DNA from: Octopus sinensis
Taxonomy: Eukaryota
Direction: 5' to 3'
Length of the DNA: 64,000 nucleotides
NCBI RefSeq assembly: GCF_006345805.1
Contig: NC_043007.1
Coordinates: 33,108,001-33,172,000, forward strand
A program made the position numbers and the translations under genes. Positions 26,395 through 39,467 of this stretch are shown piece by piece. Position 1 is the first letter of the stretch. Each line of letters begins with the position of its first letter. The notes under the pieces are model-generated. The model was not told the DNA's origin. It worked only from the letters and a program-made list of their open reading frames with translations, and ran no database searches.

Positions 26395-26610
26395 TCGCCA
26401 TGTTGATTCGCTAGCCTCTGCACGCATTTTTTTTCTCTCCTTGTTTCTTTCTGTGTTTCTTTTCTGTGTCTCTTTCTGTTGAAGAGCGTAGGCTCGAAAC
26501 CTAAAAGGCTTGTTTTATTTATATTCCTGAGCGCTATACTAATACAATTGTTTGTTTGTATTCCACCTGCCTTCGTCTTTTGTTTATTTTCATAAAGCTT
26601 CCCGTTATAT
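26395..26610 (+). mobile_element. Penelope-like end with a hammerhead motif (26472-26507)
   Basis: cttt-CTGTTGA-a-gagc-gtag-gctc-GAAA-cc-TA-aaag. Confidence 0.65.
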
Positions 26611-27024
26611 TTAGATATATATGTATAAACGCCTATCCTCTCAACACATGGCTATGATACTCCGTCACTACTTCTGCTCTTGATTAGAGATGCACATATC
26701 ATCAGACACTTTGGTATATGCTCAAATGATACTTATTTTACCTACCCCGAAAGGGGTAGTCGGAATTTAAACTCATAACGCAGCGACAGAAGTATTGGCG
26801 GAGCATCATAGCCGTATGTTGAGAAGATGGGCGTTTATACATCCATTTTTGTTAACGATTATATTTGGTACTTCTCTTGCTGTGTTGCGTGTTCGTTCCA
26901 GTTTTTGCATCTGAGATTTTATTTTTAATCTTTGTAAATGAATATATTTATTTCGCTTTGCTGCTTTTCTCTTTACAAAATAAGAACATACATTGCGGAA
27001 CTGTTATTTTAACGAGTTGTGTAT

Positions 27025-27138
27025 ATTTATCACCCGATGAGACACATCTGCACCGCCGGACGCTCCTCAACAAGTTGTTGAGTCTCCCACCCGTGAGGGA
27101 TCGATGCTGGATGTGTCGAAACAACTGTCGTGATTAAT
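27025..27138 (+). ncRNA. Type-I hammerhead ribozyme, CCGAUGA core, branched stem II
   Basis: atttatcac-CCGATGA-gacacatc..gatgtgtc-GAAA-caactg-TC-gtgattaat, with internal hairpin ctcaaca/tgttgag. Confidence 0.75.
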
Positions 27139-27240
27139 AATAAGTTCTCGCGTATTGCATCTTCCGTCTTTCATTAACAACCATGTACATTGTTATTTAC
27201 ACACCTGTCCATGTCTTTAGCTTTTCTGTAAATTTCAACT

Positions 27241-27282
<42 letters not shown>

Positions 27283-27396
27283 GGTACAAAAGCTTTATAA
27301 CTGTATATTTGCTACTATTTCGTATGTTGTGCGTGCTTTTCAATTGGCACAATTACTACTGCTACTACTGCTGCTGCTACTACTACTACTACTACT

Positions 27397-27431
<35 letters not shown>

Positions 27432-27464
27432 GCTACTACTACTACAACTACTACTACTAATTAC

Positions 27465-27502
<38 letters not shown>

Positions 27503-27559
27503 GTTTTGGGATTTGGTTTGCAAGATTCTTTATGTGAGTTCGTGTGTTGAAGCATATTT

Positions 27560-27788
27560 TGTTGTGTCTAGGGAGAGTCATTTTCATTTTGTGCCTTGTA
27601 ATTTAACACACTCACCGGTAAAATTTCCACTTATTCTTTATTTTTATATTCCTAAAATTTTCGTTGCGTCTTGCAACCTTTTCAATAGTCTTGACACTTT
27701 TCAAAAATAAGAAATAAGTCGAAACTTACCGGTGAGTGTGTTAAATTATAAGACACAAAAAGAAAATGACTCTTCCCAGACACAACAG
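27560..27788. mobile_element. ~87-bp inverted repeat enclosing a minus-strand hammerhead variant (27652-27688)
   Basis: 27560-27646 pairs with 27702-27788. cta-TTGAAAA-g-gttgc-aagac-gcaac-GAAA-at-TT-tag. Confidence 0.65.
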
Positions 27789-27789
27789 A

Positions 27790-27832
<43 letters not shown>

Positions 27833-27911
27833 TTATTATTATTATTATTACAAATGCCCTAATGCAGTACCAGACAGTGGCTCTCATGGTTTCTAAATCT
27901 TAACTAATTCC

Positions 27912-28242
27912 AATTTCTAACAATTCGCGTAAGAGTCCGACGATCCCTATCTGAAAGGTTTGATTTTCTGCCAGAGTTTTGTTTCGAAGCTGTTTTCGTT
28001 ACGCTAGCGCCTGCCATACGAGCACCAACAATTTGATCTCTTTGAAAGTCCAATAGATTTCTCATTTTAATGAATTTTAATTACCTTATTCTGATGATAT
28101 CTGAAAAGAAACAGCAATTTTAGCAAAAAATATTAAGCAACACTATTAATAAATCAAAAAGCATAAAAATAAACAAGCTTTGACAGTTTTATAGATATGA
28201 TGTTATGATGCTAGGTATTTCCATTATTTTGTCCATCCCCTG
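27912..28242 (-). mobile_element. Tc1-like element, left end with transposase N-terminus
   Basis: TA|CAGGGGATGGACAAAATAATGGAAA end. MRNLLDFQRDQIVGARMAGASVTKTA..SGRKSNLSDRDRRTLTRIV. Confidence 0.75.
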
Positions 28243-28394
28243 TATATTTGTATTTATATATGTTCATTAGTGGAACTATCCCTGTACACACCGTGGTGAT
28301 ACTTTAGAGGCTGCGATGCCACTATATACATCATTTTATACACACGATTGTAATACCTCAATATATATTACTGCATACACAAAGACATATAAAC

Positions 28395-28559
28395 GGCGTG
28401 GCTCTGTAGTAAGTAGCTTGTTTACCAATCACATGGTTCCGGGTTTAGTACCACTGCGTGGCACCTTGGGCAAGTGTCTTCTACTATAGCCTCGGGCCGA
28501 CCAAAGCCTTGTGAGTGGATTTGGTAGGCGGAAACTGAAAGAAGCCCGTCGTATATATG

Positions 28560-28604
<45 letters not shown>

Positions 28605-28816
28605 TTTGTGTATCTGTGTTTGTCCCCCCAACATCGCTTGACAACCGATGCTGGTGTGTTTACGTCCCCGTAACTTAGTGGTTTGGCAAAAGAGACCGAT
28701 AGGATAAGTACTAAGCTTCCAAAGAATAGGTCCTGGGGTCGACTTACTCGACTAAAGGCGGTACTCCAGCATGGCCACAATCAAAATGACTGAAACAAGT
28801 AAAAGAGTAAAAGAGT
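28395..28816 (+). mobile_element. SINE family A
   Basis: Reverse-complement match to 432-861. Confidence 0.9.
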
Positions 28817-29494
28817 ATATATACCATTATACATAGAAGGAAGTCTTAAACATATATATATGTGTATATATATATATACACTTAATGTGGTATATATATT
28901 TATCACACGCTTGCTGTAACTATCCATACCCGTCTGTCTAGACCACAGTGTATACAATGCTACTACTTCTGTGTATGCATCATCAGGATATATATATATA
29001 TCCTAGCTATCACAAAACTCAGCTGTATACATCTCTGTATGCAAACATCACACAGCTGCTGCACGTGTGTATAAGAATGGACGAGCGAACTCATTCTGTT
29101 GCAGTAAAAATCGCACATACAGCATGGCGGTAAACACACCGTATGCTAATACATACAGAAAGAAAACTGGCTGTATTGACAGCATTGCATCGTAAACTAC
29201 TCTACTAGACATCAACAAATGAAGATTCATCTGTAAGTTATAATCATATTGGACAGCTAGATGCATACAAATATCCATGAATGAACCTGTCGATAGACTG
29301 ATTGAAGTATGCACGTATACGTGCGTAAGTATGCAGATATATAGATATATGATTTTGTCGACTACATAGTAGTCATGGTGATGTTTTATTTTTCTCACAG
29401 ACGATGCCCAGCTGACAACGAATGACAACAGGTAACCAAGACTGTGCCGGTACTCTACTCAACATTTATACGTATTTGTCTCAATTTTCTATCT

Positions 29495-29700
29495 GTCGCC
29501 ATGATAGATTGTTAGCCGCTACACACATTTTTTTCTCTCCTTGTTTTTCTCCTTGTTTTTTTCTGTGTCCCTTTCTGTAGAAGAGCGTAGGCTCGAAACG
29601 TAAAAGACTTTTTTCTATTCCTGAGCGTTACACTAATACATGTGTTTGTTTTGTACACCACCTGTCTTCGTCTTTTGTTTTTTTCGTAAACTCTCCCTGT
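29495..29700 (+). mobile_element. Penelope-like end with a hammerhead motif (29571-29606)
   Basis: cttt-CTGTAGA-a-gagc-gtag-gctc-GAAA-cg-TA-aaag. Ends in (TA)n. Confidence 0.68.
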
Positions 29701-30018
29701 ATATATATATATATATATATATCTAAAAATAAATTAAAAAATTTAGTAGTTTTTTTAGTAGTTTTGACTGCAAAAGTCCTCCTAGCGTGCGGTACCTATG
29801 AATAATAGTACCCTCTAATAATAAATATATATATATATATAATATATTATATATCTATTATATATATATATATATATACATGCATCAACATATAATATGC
29901 ATTTATATATATATATATATATGTATTTATATGTATATAAGTTATATATATACATATATATATGCATATATGTATATATATATATACTATATACATATAT
30001 ATATATATAGACATATCT

Positions 30019-30061
<43 letters not shown>

Positions 30062-30122
30062 CATAATACATATATATATAATTTATATATGTATATATAT
30101 TATATAATATATACATTTTCAA

Positions 30123-30310
30123 TATGTGACCAGGTGTGTATCGTTGGCGATTTTCCTTCTCCTTGGACCTTTCTTTTTTTATGTTTCTGACGAAGAGATC
30201 CGCTCGAAACGTTAAATCCTCCTTCTTTCTTCCTTTCCGAGCGTCCAATGACACTATATTTGTTCCACGTCCTCGTGTTGTGTTTTCTCTTTGTTCATGT
30301 TTGGATTAAC

Positions 30311-30311
<1 letters not shown>
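30123..30311 (+). mobile_element. Penelope-like end with a canonical-core minimal hammerhead (30184-30216)
   Basis: ttt-CTGACGA-a-gag-atccg-ctc-GAAA-cg-TT-aaa. Lies between (TA)n tracts. Confidence 0.62.
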
Positions 30312-30348
<37 letters not shown>

Positions 30349-30378
30349 AATCTCCGTGTTGGTATATGGACAATTATG

Positions 30379-30495
30379 GTGGTCTTAGTGTCAGATCATG
30401 GCTGCTATTTTCAGCATGGTGGTATCTCCTAGATACCCTAATTTATAATTTTAATAATTATTACCTTTGAAGGTTATTTTTTCTATGCTGACCAC
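30379..30495 (+). ncRNA. Unassigned five-helix structured RNA motif, instance 4
   Basis: gtggt/accac; tagtgtca/tggctgcta; tttt; cagcatgg/ctatgctg; ggtatct/agatacc; acct/aggt. Confidence 0.55.
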
Positions 30496-30891
30496 TTGTT
30501 TATAATCATTATTTTGTTTTTAAATGAACGATCTTATCCTTTTTTATATAAATTTTAATTTATTTCGTCACTGTACTTACTGCGGCGATATTTTGACCAT
30601 ATCTCACATGGAATTAAACGGTGGGCATTTTGAACTGGCCATGATGCATACGTGTATATATTTTTAGGTATACGTTCGTATATGTAAGTATTCGTATATT
30701 GTGCTAATATATATATATGTATTTATGTTTCTCTCCTGTATATATATATATATATATATACTGCTTTTCTTAAAGCTGCAAAAACATAACAAAACACTGT
30801 TACTCATAGTTTTACGTTCCCGTTTGTCGGAGAGTTGTGATCAAAACCTGCACATTACTCTACCTTCGGTATTCGAGTACTATTTTTCCAC

Positions 30892-31248
30892 CTAAATTAC
30901 GCAAAAATGAAAATAGCACTGATATCTCATTTTAACACATATTTATCAAAATTACATAAAAATATCTTGAAATACTAATGAGTAAATGTATTCAATAAAA
31001 TCGACATTGACTTCAACCAAGGCTTCCAGATGACTTCTGAATCTCCTGCAACTCGTCTAGATGGTCTCGTTCTTTAAGTTGCTGAATGCTGCCATAATCT
31101 TTGCCTTCATTTCTTCTTTGGTGTTTCAAGGAAGTTTGTTGGTCTCTCGCTCAACTGTCCTCCACCCATAACAAAGAAGTGGATTGCAGTCGGCCGAGTT
31201 AGGTGGCCAGATGTTAGTGGTGATGTGGTCACAAATTGTCTGACAGCC
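30892..31248 (-). mobile_element. Tc1/mariner-superfamily transposase C-terminal remnant
   Basis: HITTNIWPPNSADCNPL..WRTVERETNK..NTKEEMKAKIMAAF (WPP.SPD.NP motif). Confidence 0.75.
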
Positions 31249-31467
31249 GAAACGACCACTCGGAAGGCTTCCACGACAGTGGAGTTACGATTTCAGGATG
31301 GTTATTGGAATCTCGTGGATGAGAAAGGCGCGATCCAGAGAGGAGTGGATAGCGTGCTGTGACCAGCGGTGTTAAATGGACGCCCGACGGACTGGTCGGT
31401 CAATGTGATATTATTATATGAGTGAACGCCAAGTAAGTTTTTACTCTATTACTCTATCTCTCTCTCT

Positions 31468-31517
<50 letters not shown>

Positions 31518-32244
31518 ACTATATACACATATATATACTGTATATGTAGATAGAGATAAACACCCCACGTACATAATCTAGATCAAAGAATGAAGATGAC
31601 AACAATTCAATGAAAAAAATTACTGAATATTAATTTATTAATTTAAATTCCGACCTTATTGCTGACGGACTGTTTCTCTGTGTTATCGCTGTATCATCAG
31701 AGAGCAAAACAATCGAACAAACTGGTTTCATTATATGTACATAGGTCTTATTTAAAAATAATATAAGAGAGCCAAAACATTGGTGGAAGGAATTTTATGA
31801 ATATGTTAAATAGAAGAGCTGAGTTTGAATAAATCACCATTCGTCAGAATGATCATCTCCGTAATGTTATTTTCTATAAGTTTATAATTGAAAACAAAAC
31901 TAATAATATCATACGAGACTGTTTGTTAAGTGTAATATCTGCAAAAATCTAGTCTTGCAAGTAAAAGAATCGGCATGTAATCTATAGAATCTTGTTTAGA
32001 ATCGTGTTTAGAAATAGTCCTAATAGATTTAAACTGTATTATCGTTCACGAAGTATATTTGAAAATATTGAAATAATGAATTTTAAAATAAATTTCTTCT
32101 GAAAGGAGCATTATTGAATCCTAGGGGTGAATTACTAAATAGGTTTTTTATGTTAATTAAATAATCACGAGATTTTCATGAGTTTTAGCTATTTATAAAA
32201 ACCGAAGTTTTATACTGAAGGAAGTTTCATGCATATACACTGTT

Positions 32245-32509
32245 ACTCTTTTACTTGCTTCAGTCATGTGACTGCGGCCATGCTGGAGCACCGCCTTTAG
32301 TCGAGCAAATCAACCCCAGGACTTATTCTTTGAAAGCCTAGTACTTATTCTATTGGTCAATTTTGCCGAACCGCTAAGTTACGGAGACGTAAACACGCCA
32401 GCATCGGTTGTCAAGCGATGTTGGGCGTAACAAACACAGACACACAAACATATACAAACACACACACACACACCACACACACCACACACACATATAATAT
32501 ATATATATA

Positions 32510-32548
<39 letters not shown>

Positions 32549-32724
32549 TGTATGTATATATACGACACGACTTCTTTCAGTTTCCGACTACTAATCCACT
32601 CACAAGGCTTTGATCGGCCCGAGGCTATAGTAGATACACTTGGACAAGGTGCCACGCAGTGGGACTGAACCAAGAACCATGTCGTTGGTAAGCAAGCTAC
32701 TTACCACACAGCCACTCCTGCGCC
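32245..32724 (-). mobile_element. SINE family A
   Basis: Matches 432-861. Confidence 0.9.
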
Positions 32725-33103
32725 CATAAATGAATTTTTAAATACTAGACAAAAATAACAATTTGCAATTATCAACCACTGTCCTCATCAATAGCAGCAA
32801 AGTTTACAACCGTTTGCAATGTTTCGATCTATCAATTAAAACAGCTTGTCAACTGGCGTTCGCTTATTTCTCGCCTCTTGGTTTGTTATTTTCTCATTAG
32901 ATAACGTTATCATGGTGAGCGTTGATGGACCCTTATCAGACCACGTTCCATTAATGTATTGGTTTTTCCACCACTTTGTCCCCTTTATACATCAACGGCC
33001 AATTTACGACCGCGTTCGAAGAAGCCATTTAATTTTATATAAAATGTGAGTGTGTGTTTTATACACACACACATATATATATATATAAATATTTTGTAGC
33101 TAC

Positions 33104-33203
33104 NNNNNNNNNNNNNNNNNNNNNNNNNNNNNNNNNNNNNNNNNNNNNNNNNNNNNNNNNNNNNNNNNNNNNNNNNNNNNNNNNNNNNNNNNNNNNNNNN
33201 NNN
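33104..33203. other. Assembly gap (100 N)
   Basis: Run of n. Confidence 1.
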
Positions 33204-33577
33204 ATCGCAAAATTGCAACTCTTCCGTATTATGAGCTAGTATTTCCAGGTTACGGTCATTTCGCCCTTTAAATCAATACTCCGCCTGATTGGGGCAATGA
33301 TATGAAATTATCCTTGTAGATGTGGCCCTATACTAAATTTTGGACACAAGGTTGTTCGATAGAATGACGGGCAACTTGTTGCATCGATGCGTATTTAATT
33401 AACGCACGTGCATACATATATGCATACATACAAACTGAGACAAATACATACATACATACATACATACATTACCTAAATACCAATCTCGAAACCAGAAAGG
33501 AGAAAACTGATTCCAAGACTACAAACCCAAACCATCACCGGAACTTTAAGTATATATGAGCATGTCTAGATATGCAA

Positions 33578-33753
33578 GTAGGAGTGGCTGTGTGGTAAGT
33601 AGCTTGCTTACCAACCACATGGTTCCGGGTTCAGTCCCACTGCGTGGCACCTTGGGCAAGTGTCTTTTACTATAGCAACGGGCCGACCTAAGCCTTTTGA
33701 GTGGATTTGGTAGACGGAAACTCAAAGAAGCCCGTCGTATATATGTACATGTG

Positions 33754-33788
<35 letters not shown>

Positions 33789-33943
33789 GTACATGTGTAT
33801 ATATATATATATCTATATATTATATATATATATATACATAGGTATGTGTGTATGTGTGTGTGTTTTCCCCCCAACCCCAACATCGCTTGACAACCGATGC
33901 TGTGTTTACGTTCCCGTAATTTAGCGGTTCGGCAAAAAGAGAC
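33578..33943 (+). mobile_element. SINE family A, 3'-truncated
   Basis: Head ggagtggctgtgtggtaagtagcttgc. Confidence 0.88.
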
Positions 33944-34169
33944 ATACATACATAAATGCATTTATACATATACATACACAACAGCTCACAGCTTTAGATA
34001 AAAATCCAACAATTCACAGCTACAGCTGAAAAACGAAAATATAAATCTACAACAAAAACTGCAAATATTAAATAAATAATTTGTCAGAGATCTCAAGGCA
34101 GCAACTCGTAGCGACAGCCTGAAAACTAAAATATAAATCTACGGTGTATAATCGGCAAATGTTCAATAA

Positions 34170-35440
34170 ATTATTTGCCAGAAATCCCGAGCGAGTTTAT
34201 CGCAGCTTCAAAGCAAAAACTCAATCTCTGTTAAAAACACCCCCACAAAATATCAGGTGGAAGGCTACTAGAGATACAAGTGATAAATTTAGCAGCTAAG
34301 CTGCATGGCAAAAATAATTGGAGCAGGACAACTACCACCATGCTCAGCAAAAGCAATATGAAATGGCGAAATACTCGAAACAACTCTACAGAATTTGCCA
34401 AACAGGAAATATCCAGACCCACACCCCATAACATTTTACTGGCTGAAGAATTTCACGTTTTATAGGCAGGATCTGATACGGTTGAAAGGAGAAGGTATCA
34501 AGAGCACACAAGAACTGCCCTAATGTTTATTAACTGCAACTACTCGCCTCATTCCGCAAAATAGTCAAACCACCCTTGCTGAAAATTACCACCCAATGGC
34601 CTGCCAGAACCTCATGTGCAAACTATATACTGAGTGAATCAATCCGATCTCGCAGGATCATTATACCACCAACAAAATTATAACACCTGAGCAAGCTGGA
34701 AGAAAGAAGATATGGGCTGCATACAGCAGCTATTAATTAACAAAATGATCTGGGAAGAAACAGTAAAAGATTGCTGGAACTTAATCCTAGTATGGCTGGA
34801 CTAGCAGAAAGCTTTCGATAGTATACTCTGTGGATGGATTATCAAAGCTTTATAGTTAACGAAAGTCCCACAACCACTAGTGAGTGCTATTGAACGCTTT
34901 GCAAAGACTTCGGACATCTATTTGGTCTTTAGGAGTGATATTGTTTGTTCCTTCTCGAGCCCTACCTGTCCCATAATGGCCGGTTTCCCGGTTTCTTTGG
35001 CGTATAGTTTCCCCAAATGGACGGGATGTCGGTCCGTCGCAGTTGAGCAGCTAGATGCAGGAGGAAAGAGTGAGAGAAAGTTGTGGCGAAAGAGTCAGCA
35101 GAAGTTCGCCATTACCTTCTGCAGGAGCTGCGTGGAGCTTAGGTGTTTCGCTCATAAACACATACATCGCCCGGTCTGAGATTCGAATCTGCGATCCCTC
35201 GACCTCAAGTCCGCTGCTCGAACCACTAAGCCATGTGCCTCCACCTTAGGAGTGATAAGGAGGATTAAATTAACTCTGAAAGCGTTCATTACTAAAAAGG
35301 CATCTTTCAGGGTGATAATCTATCAGCGTTACTCTTTGTCCTCTCATTACATCCACTCTGATACCTACTCACAAAACAGTGGCCATAGAAATGAATCTAG
35401 AAGTATCTACCATTTTTTTCTTTATCGGCGACCTGAAACT
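34170..35440 (+). mobile_element. R4/Dong-like LINE reverse-transcriptase pseudogene, interrupted by a SINE
   Basis: TRLIP..ENYHPMACQNLMCKLYT..EQAG..GCIQQLLINKMI..WLD*QKAFDSI, and KGIFQGDNLSALLF after the SINE. Confidence 0.8.
34941..35245 (-). mobile_element. SINE family C-related, tail type 2, with 12-bp TSD
   Basis: ttaggagtgata at 34929-34940 and 35246-35257. Confidence 0.85.
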
Positions 35441-35674
35441 GTATAGGCCAAACATACAAACATGAGTACCATGAAATTCCAACGAAAGAGCTTTGGATCT
35501 AGGTTAGAAACCAGCTCTTTCTCCATTGGCAACAAATCTAGCAATAAGACTGAGTAATAACATACATCCATACATTTACACAAACATGCATACACAAATA
35601 CAGACACAGCATCTTACGTACATACGTAGTTACGCACATACGAACATACATACATGCATACATACATGGTGATA

Positions 35675-36017
35675 TGGTGACCCCCTTCGGTCAGACACTG
35701 ACCATAGGTTTGCACCTAGAGAGTTACCCTCTGAGGCACAAGTCTGGGCAAGGTTTTTTTTTTTATGGAAGACTAGCAGTCGCCCATGCATACCGGTCTC
35801 CCCTCTCCACGTCACCGATGTTATGCAAGGGAAAGGCAAAGGCTGATACCGCTTGGCACCTGTCACGTCGCAACTCATTTCTACAGCTGAGTGAACTGGA
35901 GCAAAGTGAAATAAAGTGTCTTGCTCCAGAACACAACACGCAGCCCGGTCCGGGATTCGAGCTCACGACCTCACGATCGTAAGCTCGACGCTCTAACCAC
36001 TGAGCCACGTGCCTTCA
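35675..36017 (-). mobile_element. CORE-like SINE family D, full length
   Basis: Head gaaggcacgtggctcagtggttagagcg..gctcgaatcccggacc; body gagcaagacactttatttcac. Confidence 0.85.
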
Positions 36018-36052
36018 CATACATACATACAAAACATACATACATACATACA

Positions 36053-36084
<32 letters not shown>

Positions 36085-36255
36085 CATACATACATACATA
36101 CAAAATACCTTGTTGATGTTTGAAATTCCAGTGAAGGAGCCTTGTATCTAGGTCAGAATCCGGCTCTTTCTCTATTGGCAAGAAATCTTGAGAAAAAATC
36201 TGTACAATGACAAGCATACATACATACATTCAAACATATATAGGTTAACATATCC

Positions 36256-36672
36256 CTTTTACTCTTTTACTTGTTTCAGTCATTTTGACTGCGGCTATGC
36301 TGGAGCACCGTCTTTAGTCGAGCAAATCGACCCCAGGACTTATTCTTCGTAAGCCTAGTACTTATTCTATCGGTCTCTTTTTGCCGAACCGCTAAGTTAC
36401 AGGGACGTAAACACACCAGCATCGGTTGTCGAGCGATGTTGGGGGTACAAACACAGACGCACAAACACACACGCATACATATATATACACATATACATAT
36501 ATATACGACGGGCTTCTTTCAGTTTCCGTCCACCAAATCCACTCACAAGGCTTTGGTCGGCCCGAGGATATAGTAGAAGACACTTGCCCAAGGTGCCACG
36601 CAGTGGGAATGAAGGAATGAATCCGGAACCATGTGGTTGGTAAGCAAGCTACATACCACACAGCCACTCCTG
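36256..36672 (-). mobile_element. SINE family A
   Basis: Matches 432-861. Confidence 0.9.
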
Positions 36673-36785
36673 CATGCATACATACATACATACATACATA
36701 CATACATACATACACACATACATACACACATACATACATACATACATACATACATACATACATACATACATGCATACATACATAC

Positions 36786-36816
<31 letters not shown>

Positions 36817-37258
36817 CATACACACATACATACACACATACATACATACATACATACATATATACACACATACATACATACAAACATACATACATACAAA
36901 CATACATACATACATACATACATACACATACATACATACATATATACATACATACAAACATACATACATACATACATACACACATATATACATACATACA
37001 TACACACATCATACATACATACATGCATACAACATACTTACATACATACAAACATACATACATACAAACATACATACATACACCATACATACATACATAC
37101 ATGCATACATACATACAAACATACATACATACAAACATACATACATACTTACACACAAACATACATACATACATACATACATGCATACATACATACATAC
37201 ATGCATACATACATACTTACATACATACATACATACATACATACACACATACATACAC

Positions 37259-37291
<33 letters not shown>

Positions 37292-38202
37292 CACACATAC
37301 ATACATACAAACATACATACATACAAACATACATACATACATACATACACATACATACATACATATATACATACATACAAACATACATACATACATACAT
37401 ACACACATATATACATACATACATACACACATACACATACATACATACATACATGCATACATACATACTTACATACATACAAACATACATACATACAAAC
37501 ATACATACATACACACATACATACATACATACATACATACATACATACACACATACATACACACATACATGCATACATACATACAAACATACATACATAC
37601 AAACATACATACATACACGCAAACATACATACATACATACATGCATACATACATACATACATACATGCATACATACATACTTACATACATACATACATAC
37701 ATACACACATACATACATACATACATACATGCATACATACATACTTACATACATACAAACATACATACATACAAACATACATACATACATACATACATAC
37801 ACACATACATACATACATACATACATACAAACATACATACATACATACACATACATACATACATACATATATACATACATACAAACATACATACATACAT
37901 ACATACACACATATATACATACATACATACACACATACATACATACATACATACATACATACATGCATACATACATACTTACATACATACAAACATACAT
38001 ACATACAAACATACATACATACACACATACATACATACATACATACATACATACACACATACATACACACATACATGCATACATACATACACACATACAT
38101 ACATACATACATACATACATACATACATACATACACACAAACATACATACATACATACATACATGCATACATACATACATACATACATGCATACATACAT
38201 AC

Positions 38203-38233
<31 letters not shown>

Positions 38234-38250
38234 CACACATACATACATAC

Positions 38251-38281
<31 letters not shown>

Positions 38282-38482
38282 CACACATACATACATACAT
38301 ACATACATACATGCATACATACATACTTACATACATACAAACATACATACATACAAACATACATACATACATACATACATACACACATACATGCATACAT
38401 ACATACAAACATACATACATACAAACATACATACATACATACACACAAACATACATACATACATACATGCATACATACATAC

Positions 38483-38513
<31 letters not shown>

Positions 38514-38526
38514 CACACATACATAC

Positions 38527-38557
<31 letters not shown>

Positions 38558-38738
38558 CACACATACATACATACATACATACATACATACACACATACAT
38601 ACATACATACATGCATACATACATACTTACATACATACAAACATACATACATACAAACATACATACATACACACATACATACATACATACATACATACAT
38701 ACATACATACATACATACATACATACATACATACATAC
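36673..38738. repeat. ~2-kb (CATA)n satellite with CATG/CTTA/CAAA/CACA variant units
   Basis: Direct sequence. Source of the 500-730-aa pseudo-ORFs. Confidence 0.97.
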
Positions 38739-39190
38739 GTGCAAGCATAAGTACTTGCAAAATTTTGAATTTTTTCCTTTTCATAAAATCTTTGAGAAGA
38801 AAGCTGAAAAAATGGAAGATCCAAGATATTGATTCATTGAAAATTGTTGCATCCTAGCGATTCAGAAAGTGGTGCAAGTTTACCTTCATAGGAATGCATG
38901 CATAAAGAAACAAGCAAATATATGATATAAAAATATTTTACTCCTCAATTTTTTTTGTTTGGAATTTCCTTGGAAATTTTTTTTTTTTTGTCACTTCTGT
39001 AACAATCGACATATTTACTGCAAATGAATTATTTATCTAAGTAGTAAGTTTTTGAAATAATCTCTTACAGTTGTTGGGTGTATACATACGTATGCATTAA
39101 TGCTAGTTTTCCTCAGAAGGTAGAAAGCACGAGAAATAAATGCTGGTGAGATCGACAAATAGATAGACAGACAGACACACAGACAGACAC

Positions 39191-39223
<33 letters not shown>

Positions 39224-39272
39224 TGGATGGCTCGATGGATGGGTGTGTGGATGGATGGATGGATGGATAGAC

Positions 39273-39320
<48 letters not shown>

Positions 39321-39395
39321 TGATTGATTGATTGATTGACTGATTGTTTGTTTGATAGATAAATAGACAGACAGACAGACAGACAGACAGATACC

Positions 39396-39466
<71 letters not shown>

Positions 39467-39467
39467 G

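Noticed and set aside
31659-31707. Minus-strand CTGATGA..GAAA..TC hammerhead
   Set aside because: Boxes are present and ttgct/agcaa can pair, but with a 2-nt offset and no convincing stem II. Counted only as a weak remnant.
35940-36017. tRNA genes at SINE heads (also 24417, 49838, 60750)
   Set aside because: They have A/B boxes but continue into SINE bodies and lack a proper acceptor stem.
35470-36195. Two copies of an ~80-bp repeat (35470-35545, 36108-36192) with GAAAccgg-like hammerhead shape
   Set aside because: Core boxes and stem I are too degenerate in both copies to call.
36392-38857. 500-730-aa ORFs (HTYI / MYVC repeats)
   Set aside because: Translations of the (CATA)n satellite, open in several frames on both strands.
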